From Catajapyx aquilonaris (taxonomy: Eukaryota), in the NCBI GenBank assembly GCA_000934665.2, contig KZ538367.1, forward strand, positions 1-64,000: a DNA stretch of 64,000 nt. The letters run 5' to 3'. A model generated the notes under the pieces. That model was not told where the DNA came from. It did not search any database and worked only from the letters and a program-made list of their open reading frames with translations. Of this stretch, positions 16,799 to 28,237 are shown piece after piece (within the stretch, counting starts at the first letter, position 1; each line of letters starts with the position of its first letter). Made by a program: the position numbers and the translations under genes.

Positions 16799-17564
16799 GT
16801 TTGTATAGTACGAGGAGGGTTGCCGGTGGTTGTTTCAAACCTGGTGGTCGACGACACCAGAGCGGATCAAATGGCTGGTTGTAAAAATGCGACTGCTGTG
16901 TTTCAGGGCAGTGGTGGTGCTGGACCTGAATGAAGCAGCCGGTGGTGGTGTGGGTGCGCTCTGGCGTCGGAGGGACACCGGACGGTGGATGGTGGAGAGG
17001 GGAGGGTCAAAGGGTGCGACCGACCTCTAGACACGACGATGATCGAATGTTGCGTCAACAGTGAATTTGTGTCAACAGGCTCCACAGGGGGTTGCCAAGG
17101 TGAGTGTACACATCCACACACAAAGTGAGTGACAGCAGAGGTGCCAAAATTAATGAGCAGCATCTTCCGGACAAATCCTGATGTGGCACAGAAAAACCCG
17201 ATGCTGACTTATATGTCCGTCACTTGTGAATCAGTATCTAGTTAAGTTGCATGAAATATATGCTGGCTTGATCAGCAGAGTAACAATGCTTCTGGAGGAG
17301 AACAATGCATCTCCAAGTTTGATTAAGGGGACGGGGGCGTGTGCTAATCAGAGCAGGCCATTGCGGCAGTCTAATTACTATCACTTATATGCTGCTTCCG
17401 AGATAAACTGGAGCACATTCCGGCCGTCGTTGCGGAAGTAACAGTATAGATAGGGCCTCTCTCTGCACGATCATGTATAGAGTCGGTCTGGTCGGGATGG
17501 ATGGTGGGTGCTGCTGTGTTGTCGCTTCCAGCTGAGGTGTCAGAAGCAGCGGTGTAGCTATATA

Positions 17565-17636
17565 GAAGAAGAAGAAGAAGAAGAAGAAGAAGAAGAAGAA
17601 GAAGAAGAAGAAGAAGAAGAAGAAGAAGAAGAAGAA
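17565..17636 (+). repeat. (GAA)24 microsatellite
   Basis: Perfect trinucleotide run ending 3 nt before the ATG at 17640. Confidence 0.97.
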
Positions 17637-17639
17637 ACA

Positions 17640-20600
17640 ATGGCCGCGACCATCCTCCTACTCAGACTCTCATTCCACTTGGGACTCCTCATTTGCATTG
17701 GCACCGGACACTCTCTCAAAATGTAAGCAACTACGTCCTATTCACGCATTGTTCATGTCACTTTCGCACAGACTCTTGTACGTCATGCTGCAGTGTCACT
17801 GTGGCATTCCGTCAGAGTCATCGACGGCTCCACATGCCTGACATTATTTATGGCACGCATCATACTTAGCTGCTTATAGGACAATCTCGGTTCATATACG
17901 CGCTGCTGAAAATTATTTGCGCGACCAGGAAATAAATTACGCGTAATTTGCCCGCTGCTATAAGTTGCCAAATACATCGTGCCAACAGCCTTCTATAATA
18001 TTATTCATATCAGCTAAATTAATTCCGAGAAGGCATTTATTCCGCAAAGAGCAGCGAATTATGGTCGCATTATAATATGAGGGCATTGTCATGTGACCTC
18101 CTCCTGCTTGCCACAAGGAACGATAATATTATTACTTTGAGACTCACGACCTTCGAGGCTGCTTTAACAGTAAAGTCGCTTTAATAAGTCAGTGTGGAAA
18201 TACCTCCCTGGGCTTGCCTATTCCACACAGACGCACACAATCATGTTAATAATCTCGACTCCGATAAAGCCTCCAAAAATATTTTCAGCAATGTCAGGAA
18301 TGCAATGTGATTACCCGCCTACATATAGGGAGAGAGGATGATGATGCTTCCACATAAGCTGCTTCTATAGCTAGAACACTTCTTGTAGTATAGCTCACTG
18401 ATGCGCATAATATTAATGATGTTGCACTTTCTGATGCACAGAAGCAGGCCAATGCACCAGTGGTTGATAATTATGAATATAATTAATATGAAACCTGAGA
18501 CGCATAACGAGCAGGGTCGGCACATTTTGGTCGACACTGAGTTAGAAATTGTGCAATAATAACACTGATGGGCTACAAGAAAAAACTTCTGTAATGAAAA
18601 TAGCAAATCTAAGACTAATTTCGAGGTGCTGAATACGAAAATGACAATAAAATTTGTCGATTGGCTCTAGTTTATGAGATACAGAGGTGGTCATTATTAT
18701 ACATATGGCCATTGTATGATACGGCCTACAAGGGAACATCTCGAATTTCTGTGTGAAGTTCAAGTGAAAAATGTGTTTTTCTGTTTTTTTGTATGCTGGA
18801 GAGAAACCACCGTTCCATAAAAACCCTGGTTCTCAAGAATCCATGAGATGCAGTGTCAAAAGGTGAGTGTCAAAAGGTGAGTGGTCAAAAGAATTCATGA
18901 GATGCGGTGTCAAAAGGTGAGTGGTCAGAAGGTGGTCAAAATGTCAAAAATTGACCCATTTTGCAAGGTTCTGAGGAAGCTGTATATTTTTCAAGTGATA
19001 TCGGCGAGGTTTTTAATGCATACACCGTCGCGTCGGTCGTCACCATTGTTGGAAGGGTGACAGCATGCATGGGGCGGTGTAGCACGCTGTATATATGCCT
19101 GAGTATACTTGAATGTTATTTTCATCTGTATATTGCAGAGTAGCGGACGAGCAGGACACGGACGTGGGCCAAATGACGGCAGTGACGAGAGGGCGTCCGT
19201 CCCATGACAACAAGATGCACATGAAGGTGGCAAACATGATGCCGTCGATGCGCCTTCGAGGGAAGAGGACGGGAGGGAACGTCGTCGTGCGTGTAGCAAA
19301 AGCGGCACGTCCACCGCATCCCATGAACGACTCCCTGGGTCTCTCTTCTCCGGGGAACGGAACCTGGCCGAAACAACCGCCAGTGCCCAGCACTGCGACT
19401 CTCCCTGTCCTCACCACCACTGCGGGCCACACGGCCACACCTGCCCCAGCAGTCCCGGTCATCCGACGTCCCAACACAGGCTTAACGTACAAGACGCTCA
19501 GGGTCCCGGGCAAGATGAGCCAGCACCGCGTCGTCTACGTTCCCAACAACAAGGCGACACGAGGTCCTCCAGCAGCACGGGTCAACCTGACCACCGCATC
19601 CGCCACAACCGCCACAACCGAGACCAGCACACCCCATGCTGCCAGTGTGACTAGTGTGACCCCTGACCTCAACTCGACTACGTCCCCTCCTCCTCCTCCT
19701 CCTCCTCCNCTCCTCCTCCTCCTCCTCCCCACTTCCCTGCCAGCGGCGACTACGTGATGAAGCGCAACCAAGTGGCCAGCATGAGTCCTTTGAGTGCCAG
19801 CTACAGCATGGTCGGAGGCGCCGGTCTGCCTCCCCAACTGTTTCAAAGCGACTGGTTCAGACCGGATGGGGATCCAGATTGGTGGTCCACCAACCTCAAC
19901 GACGCTGTCCCCTTGGGCCGCCAAGGAGTGTTTCAGCCGGCGGTGGCGCAGGTCGACTCCCCGATCGACGGGGGGAACTTGTGGGCTCCGAAGACACTCG
20001 ACAACCAGTATTACGACGGAACAGGGTACATACCCAATGGCCCACCGTACAACCCGGACGGCACCGCCTGGAAACAGCAAGATGCAGCCGCAGGCGTGAG
20101 AACTGCCTGGGAATTGCCGCAAAACACACCGACAGATGGCGGCACTTGGTGGAAATCACTGCAAAGCATGCCGACAGATGGAGCCACCGGTTTGGAAGCG
20201 GACCCTCAAACCAGGCCAAGAGATGGAGATACTGCTGGGTGGGAATATTCGCAGCATAGATCGAAAGAGTTAGGCACTGGATTGGAATCGCCACCTCCAG
20301 ACACTCCGACAGAGGCAGTTTGGAAATGGTCGAGAAACGAGCCAACATCTGGCGACAACAGACGGAAAAGCAATCCGGCGCAAGAGACGGATCCGGACAG
20401 GAACGGAGCAGGCGGCGAAGGCAGAAAAGGATGGGATTCGTCGGTCACTACGGAAAAGTCGACTACACCATCAGTCGACGACGACGACGACGACGACGAT
20501 GATGATGTTCCGGTACTTCCAGCAAGTTCCAGCAGCACTCTCATCGTGGCACCCGTTGTGAGAATGGGAAGTAGAATGAGCGAGCTGGAGGATCCGGTGA

Positions 20601-22271
20601 CGGTCGTCAGGACCAGCGCAATACCAGTCGTCCCTGAAGGAACGTGGCAGTCGTCGACCACCAACGTGGTGTCGCGCACCTCTCATCTGCTCAAGTCCGT
20701 GCCGTACCTGAGCGACCTGACCGTGGTGGTGGGTCAGCAGCAGGAGGGCAATAAGAGCTCGATGCGTCTGCACCGCCTGATCCTAGCCATGACCAGCCCC
20801 GTCCTGGAGGCCATGATCGAGAAGCTGAAGCCAGATCAGGCCATGGAGCTGGACGAGAACAGGGACAACTTCTCTAGGTTCCTGGCCTACGCGTACCAGG
20901 ACAAGCTGGAGGTGGAGGTCGCGGAGCACGCATGGCGCCTGTGGGACCTGGCTCTTCGGTGGCACGTGCTGCACCTGGCCAGGAGCTGCTCGGACGTGAT
21001 CGTGGGAAACCTGAGCGTGGGCAACGCACTGGAAGGGCTCCAGAGGGCCTGGGACATGGGCGACACTTACCTGCAGGAGCACATTCTCAGCTGGACGGAC
21101 GCTCACGCCACCGACGTCCTCAGGGAGCCATCCTTCCTCTTCCTTGGACCACAGCTGACCATGCACATCTTGTCCAGGCCCTTCCTGGACGCGATGGAAA
21201 CCGACGTCTTCCTAGCAGTGCGAGACTGGTCAGTATTAGCGTGCGTTCCACAGTGATCGGAATGTCCACACCATCTTATGTGTAATATATGTTTATATGT
21301 CTTACAGGGTCCGACAGAGGTCCCCTGGCGACGTGTCTGCCGCTGCCATCATGTCCCAGGTCCGTTGGAGCAACCTGGGAGCAGAGGACATCCTGAAGCT
21401 TGTGATACCGTCCGGCCTGCTCTCGGCTCAGAGATTGGTGGAGCTCCTCCAGGACGCCCTGCGCGTGCTGATCCCAGCCTCACGTGTGGGACACCCTCGC
21501 AGGTCGGACAGGGAGGTCCCTTGCTCCAGGATGGGACAGCAGGAGGCCAAGGCCAGGAGCACAGGCCTCCGACCCATGACCACCCCCAGGGAGAAGCACG
21601 ACCTCAGGTTCAGGGTCACCTGTCCCCAGGCAGAGTCCGGATGCTTCCTCTCGGCCATACAGGTCACCGAGCGCTTTCTTATCAAGGTATGACCCTGTCA
21701 CTTTTCGCTGCTGGTGCGCTGCTCAGGTCAAAAGTTGCGTCTGTAATGAGCTTGAATGGACTCGTGCTGAAGTCTGAAAGATGGATTGCAAATGGGGCTT
21801 TCCCCCCCTGAGCAGTATACAGTGTGGAGTATGATGGGAGGTCACAGTGCAATGTATCCGCAGGACTCGACGGACGCGTCGGTTTCGCTGGAGTCGGAGT
21901 CAGCGTCGCCCGTGTACGTAACGTGGTCGCTGGAAGACGTGACCCACGGCACCCGCCTGTTCAGGTACGCGGGTGACCTGGAACCCCCGTACGTGATCCG
22001 CCTGGCCAGGGCCGTCCGCATCGACGACCAGGTCGACTACCGGCTGTCCCTCGTCGTTCGACAGCCTCAGCAGGCCATCCAAACGACAGAGACAGCAGAG
22101 GAGGGCGTCGGTGGTCCAGCAACCAGCAAGGCATCCCTGCTGGAGGTGTGCAGGAACTGCGTCGAGGAGGTGACCTGCGGCTTGGTCACCATGACCTTCG
22201 CCAACGAACCGGACTCCTTCTTGACCACAACAACAGAGGGAATCTTCTACCGGTTTTTCTTCCTTCAGTAA
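17640..22271 (+). CDS. BTB-BACK-PHR protein (BTBD2/3/6-like C-terminal half) with putative signal peptide and long low-complexity N-terminus, about 985 aa
   Basis: Exons 17640-17722, 19139-21228, 21308-21686 and 21864-22271 have compatible phases. The frame break at 19709 coincides with an N in a CCT run. BTB-like: WQSSTTNVVSRTSHLL..SDLTVVVG..LHRLILAMTSPVLEAM..FLAYAYQD. BACK-like: ETDVFLAVRDW..QVRW. PHR-like: AVRIDDQVDYRLSLV..EEVTCGLVTMTF. Exon 1 is less certain than exons 2-4. Confidence 0.8.
18835..18950 (+). repeat. Imperfect compound tandem repeat in intron 1 of the BTB gene
   Basis: Three copies of GTGTCAAAAGGTGAGT plus degenerate copies, nested in two copies of AAGAAT(C/T)CATGAGATGC(A/G)GTGTCAAAAGGTGAGT. 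Confidence 0.85.
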
Positions 22272-22677
22272 CCAAGCCTGCTGTAATAAGTCCAGCCTGA
22301 TGACGTTGCATAAGGCAATCATCAATGCAGACATTACGACGTTGTTGTTACGACATTATTCGAGATTGTCCAAACCAGTCCTCGCCCGTCTGAAAATATC
22401 ATGTTGAAACGTTGACTAAAATCGTCACTTGAGCGTTGAGCCATCATCACGATTGTACAAGTATGCTCATTAAATTACACCCATCATGACTCAAATACAG
22501 CTTAGACTGAAATATGATACAAGTGCGCACACTTCCTCTGGGTTCTTTGCAATAATATTCCAAGAAGAATTTGCTCAATTTCATTTAATTTGCTACGGGT
22601 TCGATTACAGAGTTAATCCCATGTTCATGTTCATGTTACACGTCCTTGGGTGGCACACAAAAAAAATATCCTGCCAG

Positions 22678-24080
22678 TGAGATGGCCCTCGTGGAGGTGT
22701 GATGGTGTGGTGGACTAACCAACAGGGAGTTTCTATCATTTAAATAGGCAACTCTAATAAGTGAAAGTATATCCGACACGCGATCGTGATGGGCCGAAAC
22801 AGCCAAACCAGCAAGCGGGGACCAATTTCGCCCTGAGAAGTGCCAATGGAACCCAAATCCGACGAAAGTAATAGTAGCCTCTTCAGAAACAGGTTGTGTT
22901 TGATGACTTTTACGCTCACTCAGACTTCAATTTGTGAAACATATAATATTAACAAGCAATGTGGTTAAAGGCGCGGATATTATCAATCAGAGTGTACAGT
23001 AAAGTTTCCCCGTAGAAATAAATGCGAGTGTAATGAATGCGGAGCAATATATTACTTGAGCGGGTCACGCGTAATGCAGTGACATATCCTGTCTGAGTAA
23101 CCTTACGTAATGCAGTCCCCTTTGGAGATTAATCCCTCCAAATAATTTATTGTCACTCATTTCACAAACTATAGTTATAGGCTATAATTATACGGTATGA
23201 TGATATCAAAATGTATAAAAGAACCTGGAAAAGTTATTGGCGAAATTATTGTATGGTTTGTAGGTTCAGTGACAGCTTGGAAGCAATTTATGACTGGTAG
23301 TAGTTCACTTTATTAGAAATCCCACGAGTAACTGGTGACATCTAGAATCACTCACTCTCTTGTTGCTATACAAGAATAGTACGGTAAGTTCCTTGAGTTA
23401 CGGCGTTTGACAACTTGTACAGCAGTTTTTCATTGAGTTACCACGAGTTTCTTGGAAATGCCAAACCATTTGTGCTTACCTGTAGGACGTGCATAAATAC
23501 TTTTTCGACTGATTTTGGACACGCCACAACATGGACTGTCTGCAATAAAAAATATGCCAGCCGGGTTCACCTCCCATCAACAAAAATGATGGGATTAATC
23601 ATTCCAATACATACAAGCTGGAATATCGTGGCCATAAAAGTAATGTGTATGTGGTCACTGAACAATATGTTGTCGCACTGTAGGCTAATGAAATGAAGTG
23701 CGTATATTTAAGTAAATGTGAAAATCAGGCGAGATAATAAAAGATCAAGTTAGAGTGCAACAATAAAGCGATTATTCAGAGAGATTAATATATCGGAATC
23801 ATCATTGGCAAAGATTTGGATTCCCATAAGGGACACAATATACACTGATGGGGGTGGGGAAAAAGGAGACTGATGTGTGTGGATTCGAGTTCGTCGTTCA
23901 TTTGCATGTTTTGTTCCTGTCGGATCTACAGCAGGTGCCAGAGGGGTTAGACACTTGAGAATAAATTGTGATGAACAGCTGATTGGGCCGGACTGGGCAA
24001 TTAGGGTAAATCTCTCTTGCAGGTCAGGAGAGCCACAATGGACCAATTTTGCCAACGTGACTGTATGGTGCAATCATTAG
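22678..24080 (+). pseudogene. Possible decayed multi-exon gene for an extracellular protein (LDLa-like relic)
   Basis: WRCDGVVD*PTGS at 22692-22730 resembles the LDL-receptor class A consensus with Cys replaced by a stop. Several AG/GT-bounded exon-like blocks follow, some with stops. Confidence 0.3.
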
Positions 24081-24280
24081 TGTTGTCCTTGAAGACTTGA
24101 AGTAGAGGCGGCATGAAAATGCCATGCCACTGAGCATGTACTGTACAGTACCGTAGTTCCTGTCACCCTGACAAGGTAGCCTACACTTCAAGGAGGTTAT
24201 GGTGAGCAGTATAAGTTGCTCGTTTAGAGAATGTCACTGCTGCATCATCATATAATATACGTACGTATACTATAAAAACC

Positions 24281-26335
24281 CTAAGGGAGATACGGGCCAA
24301 AGTACTGCCTCCCCATGTAGCGGTACCTGAAATACTTGTCCTTGACCCACCGGCACAACCTGCTGACCCCAGGGTGCACTGCCACTTCGTAGGCGAAGGC
24401 TGCCATGCTGAAGACCCACCCGGAGACAATCAGTCCGAAGGGACCGAACAGCTTCTTCCTGGAGAGAGGCTTCCTCTCTTCCTCCTCGTCCTCTCCCAGC
24501 AACTCATCATCCTTCTCTTTGTCGTCACGATGCTCTGCTGGAGAAGGCCTGCCCCTCACTGACTGGAGCAGGTTGTTGTACGACTCCATGTCCATGTAGT
24601 GGGCGAGCAGGCCTCCCTCCAAGAAGGCCTGGGTTCCCCTGTAGAAGGCCAGGTAAGAAGGGAAGTCCTTCGGGTAAGCACTTCCCGTGTACATGTTGAC
24701 GGCCACCTCGCTCTTGTCGAAGTACGGGATTTTCCCGTCCTGGTCGGCGTGTTTCCACAGCTGCAGCCTCATCATGGCTTCAATCCCAAAGCAGGCGGCC
24801 CTCGCCTCGGCGCACCTCGTGATGCACTCGTCGTACGTCGAGTACAGCACCATACTCTCCTTGATGGACTGGTGCAGTGGAAGGTCCAAGTCTCGCAGGA
24901 ACACGGAGTACACCAGTCCGTTGATGTTCTCAGCGCCGACCTCGTACTCCATGTCCAGCAGGTCAGAAAAGGTCACAGGGAGCACTTCCTTCCTGGGGAT
25001 GGCCACGAATGAGAAGACGGCCTCCTGGTAGCCGCAGGTGATGACCATGGCCAGGAAGAGCCAGAAGGCCAGGAAGGTGCGGAAAGCATCTCCTGCAGGG
25101 ACCTCCCGGTTGGGAAGCTGCTCCAGGAAGGACTGGAGGAGGTACTGGCACACGTAGGCCAGGGGACTGGAGGGCCCTTCCCAGTCAGGGTCGAACAGGG
25201 ACCTCCTTCTCAGGAGGAGCCAGGCCGAGAGGATGCCGATCGCTGTTCCGAACAGGATGCAGAGCCAGACTTGGGCCGAGTAGGGCCAGAATATGGTCTG
25301 CCAGGACCAGACCGGGCCAGCATGTGCCCGGACGAAGAAGAACCCCGAGTAGAAGACGGGAAATCCCAAATTGACATGCGTCATGGAGTCTGCCTGGAAC
25401 AGCGCCACTACCAGCGTGTCAGCGCTCCCGCTGGTCAGCTCTCTGATGTATCCTATCCAAGTCCCGTTGTGCAATCTGCTCGTGTATATCTCCTCTGCCG
25501 TCAGGTCCTTCAAGTAGAGGTCCCACCTGTAGTTGAAGGCGAGGCCGAACTGATGCACGGCCATCTCGACAAAATCCAGCTTCCAGAAGCCTTTCTCCCT
25601 GATCTTGTCCTCCACTCCTTCCTGGGTGATCTGAGCGTGGAATGGGATCTTGAGCTTCCTGTTGTTCAAGTTTAGGGTTGTGTCGGGAAAGAGCGTGTTC
25701 CGCTCGTGAGGTGCGGTGTCGGGGTAGGAGCCCAGGGAGGTCGTGGCCGGGTCACCGTGGTTGCAGTAGAAGCAGATGGTGTACAGTTCTAGAGAGGACG
25801 GGCCCGATGGCTGCACGGCCAGTTTGAATGTCCAGCCTCTGGCGACGTCGAGGCTCAATGCCCTGGTGGATGGTTCCTTCCTGGTCCAGACCACGAAGAA
25901 GTCCCTGTGTCCCTGCGCTCGGATGCTGAAGGCGTGGTGCAGACTGAGCCTCCTGAGCCCGCTGGTCGTGTCGCTGGTCAGGAAGTGGACCACGCAGTCG
26001 CCTCCTGGGGAACTCATCCGGTCGTACCAGTCCCACAGATCAGCTAGGCTCCGGTGGTCAGGGGCCCGGAACTGGTCTGGAACACGGAACTTGAGGCAGA
26101 ACCGCTCTTCGCCGCTCATGTTGGCCAGCACGCGTTGGAAGGCGTCTGGAACGCGGGCAAAGTCATGCGCGAACACCAGGCTGCACCTGGGAAGGATGTC
26201 CCACACCAGGCTCGACAAGAAGTCTGCAACCGTCCAATCTGACAAAGACAAGTACTGTCCGTAATACGGCAGGACACTTGTCGCGAGTGATAAGATGGAG
26301 CACAACACCAGACCGTGCTGATGCTTGCGGGACAT
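24281..26335 (-). CDS. Divergent ionotropic receptor (variant iGluR chemoreceptor), intronless, about 684 aa
   Basis: Single ORF; ATG 26335 has good context (CACCATG) and is followed by a hydrophobic leader. Motifs: NGTWIGYIRELTSGSAD (S1), IFWPYSAQVW (pre-M1), SFLEQ (pore), FRTFLAFWLFLAMVITCGYQEAVFSFVAIP (M3), EGGLL and PLSRKKLFGPF (M4). Confidence 0.92.
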   Translation of the reverse strand: MSRKHQHGLVLCSILSLATSVLPYYGQYLSLSDWTVADFLSSLVWDILPRCSLVFAHDFARVPDAFQRVLANMSGEERFCLKFRVPDQFRAPDHRSLADLWDWYDRMSSPGGDCVVHFLTSDTTSGLRRLSLHHAFSIRAQGHRDFFVVWTRKEPSTRALSLDVARGWTFKLAVQPSGPSSLELYTICFYCNHGDPATTSLGSYPDTAPHERNTLFPDTTLNLNNRKLKIPFHAQITQEGVEDKIREKGFWKLDFVEMAVHQFGLAFNYRWDLYLKDLTAEEIYTSRLHNGTWIGYIRELTSGSADTLVVALFQADSMTHVNLGFPVFYSGFFFVRAHAGPVWSWQTIFWPYSAQVWLCILFGTAIGILSAWLLLRRRSLFDPDWEGPSSPLAYVCQYLLQSFLEQLPNREVPAGDAFRTFLAFWLFLAMVITCGYQEAVFSFVAIPRKEVLPVTFSDLLDMEYEVGAENINGLVYSVFLRDLDLPLHQSIKESMVLYSTYDECITRCAEARAACFGIEAMMRLQLWKHADQDGKIPYFDKSEVAVNMYTGSAYPKDFPSYLAFYRGTQAFLEGGLLAHYMDMESYNNLLQSVRGRPSPAEHRDDKEKDDELLGEDEEEERKPLSRKKLFGPFGLIVSGWVFSMAAFAYEVAVHPGVSRLCRWVKDKYFRYRYMGRQYFGPYLP

Positions 26336-27056
26336 GGTGCTCAATAAGACCACCAACAACTCTACAGCAAATAATGAAAGCGCATTTCCACATTCGCTGA
26401 AATGAGCATTTCCCGATCGTGCTGGGTGATCAGCTGAACATTTCGTCACTGTCGGCCTGTATACTACGAGGCATGCAAAGCTCGTACACTGTACAGAACA
26501 ATACACAATAATTATTAGACCGCGGACACATTTCCTTATTTCAGCAATCATGGCCATAATTGCGACAGGGTATAATTTATTTCATCGATGTTCAAGATGC
26601 TCGACTGATTTCGTTGCCGCTGTAAAAGGTCTGCCCCAACAGAATTAATAAATTACTAGCAGGGTCGAGCAGGGTACCCGGCGTTGATTGCCCGGGTATA
26701 TGTTGGGGTGCTGGGGTAAAGGTACCGGGTACGTATATGTTTTAGGAAGTTTGTTTGTATAAATTTGCGTTCCATATACACTCGAAACTCGATATTCCCC
26801 AAAATAGGCCTCATTATAAGTCACAATAAGCCAAAGTTTGTCACTATCTGTGATAGATTACCTCCTTCGGTTATAGTCGACGCAGATTCTAACGCAGATA
26901 TTGGAGAAAAGAGGAGTGCGGATAGAGTTGGCCCCTGAGGAAAAACTGCACAGCCATGTGTTTTTTTCCGTGAATTTTCGACCCCTTCACCCCCCAACCC
27001 CGCCTCACACCCCCACATAGTTCCATATATGTTTGCCCTGAAGAACTTTAATGTAT

Positions 27057-27267
27057 CACCCGCGAGCATAAACATGGAGACGGCAGGCCCTCACCTTCGG
27101 CAGGCTGCAATGCCAATTGAAGCTATTACGGTATCAAATATACTGTCATAAATACACGAACACACGCCTGATGCAGCTAACTCGGTCCAAAAAGAGTTCA
27201 TTAATTTGAGTCGGATAGAGAAAGGTCAAAAAAGGGCCTGCCGTCTCCATCTTTATGCTCTCGGGGG
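27057..27267. mobile_element. 211-bp MITE-like element with 35-bp inverted repeats
   Basis: 27057-27091 vs 27233-27267 match 32/35 as reverse complements. No clear TSD. Confidence 0.7.
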
Positions 27268-28237
27268 TACGTACAGATTGCCTGGTGGGAAATTTGGGTT
27301 TCAACACTGACAATGAGTAATTTTGGTAAATACTGTGTTTTTTTTGTATTTATTTGCGTCTGGAAGTTAGTCTACTTTCAAATCCCACAAAATCCCGGAA
27401 TGACGCATAGTCTACGATGCGAACTCACGTGGGGTGGCCAATAGCGTAATATTGGCGGATGCGTTGAATTTACGGCGAATGGACGTGTGCAAAAAGAGAG
27501 GCGCAAGATATAATTATATATAGATGCAATGAAAAAATGCAAAGCCCCTGATTTAATTTGCTGGGTATTGTTGCGCGAGGGCATCTCACTGTGATTGGGA
27601 AATTGGAGAAAGAGTAATGATTGTTGATATTGTCAATTGATGTTGGTTTATATTGTTGAGTCGTTTATTATTGTTGAGGAGGGAATAGTGATTGGAATCG
27701 GGAATGTGCTTATTGTGGGAGTTTGGCTTATAAATTATTTTCGGTAGCTGAATCAACCCTCGATATATGCGGTGTAGGGGCCTTCCCTCCCTTATATGAT
27801 AAGGGACAAACAAAAACTCACAAGCTCACAAACATCCTAATTCATAGATATGCAGATGTAGGCTACATAATTATGTAGATGTAGATTAATCCTTAATAAT
27901 TCGTTTACTCGATGAAGTTATTTGGGCAAGATACCTTGATGATATGGACTGAAAAATTAATAGGCTCCGAACTAATAGGCCTACTATAATTTTATTGCGT
28001 CCAAAATATACAATGAACACAGGTGACGTTACACGACAGCACGGCTGTCACGCTGTCGTTGTGTTGGTACAGCATTTTGTGCAAAAGAAGAAGTTATTAT
28101 CATTGTGCTCTGTGACGCAATCTTGGATAAAGTGGCGTCACGACGTGCTCTTTCATTATTGACTGCTGGTCCGTCTGAAAAGGGCAGAGGTTGTGACAAC
28201 CGCAACATTGGTCAAAGAACCCAAGACAAAGCGAGAT

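Noticed and set aside
18835..18950. CRISPR-like or prokaryotic defence array
   Set aside because: No unique regular spacers and no cas genes, and the context is eukaryotic. No tRNA or rRNA genes were recognised anywhere in the window.
19685..19757. Apparent frameshift or two separate genes (ORFs 19113-19757 and 19754-21256)
   Set aside because: An N at 19709 inside a CCT microsatellite explains the frame break. The poly-Pro frame continues into PHFPASGDYVMKR.
26336..26557. 74-aa N-terminal extension of the first IR
   Set aside because: It is AT-richer than the coding region and has no counterpart in the paralog. ATG 26335 has better context and precedes a signal-like segment.
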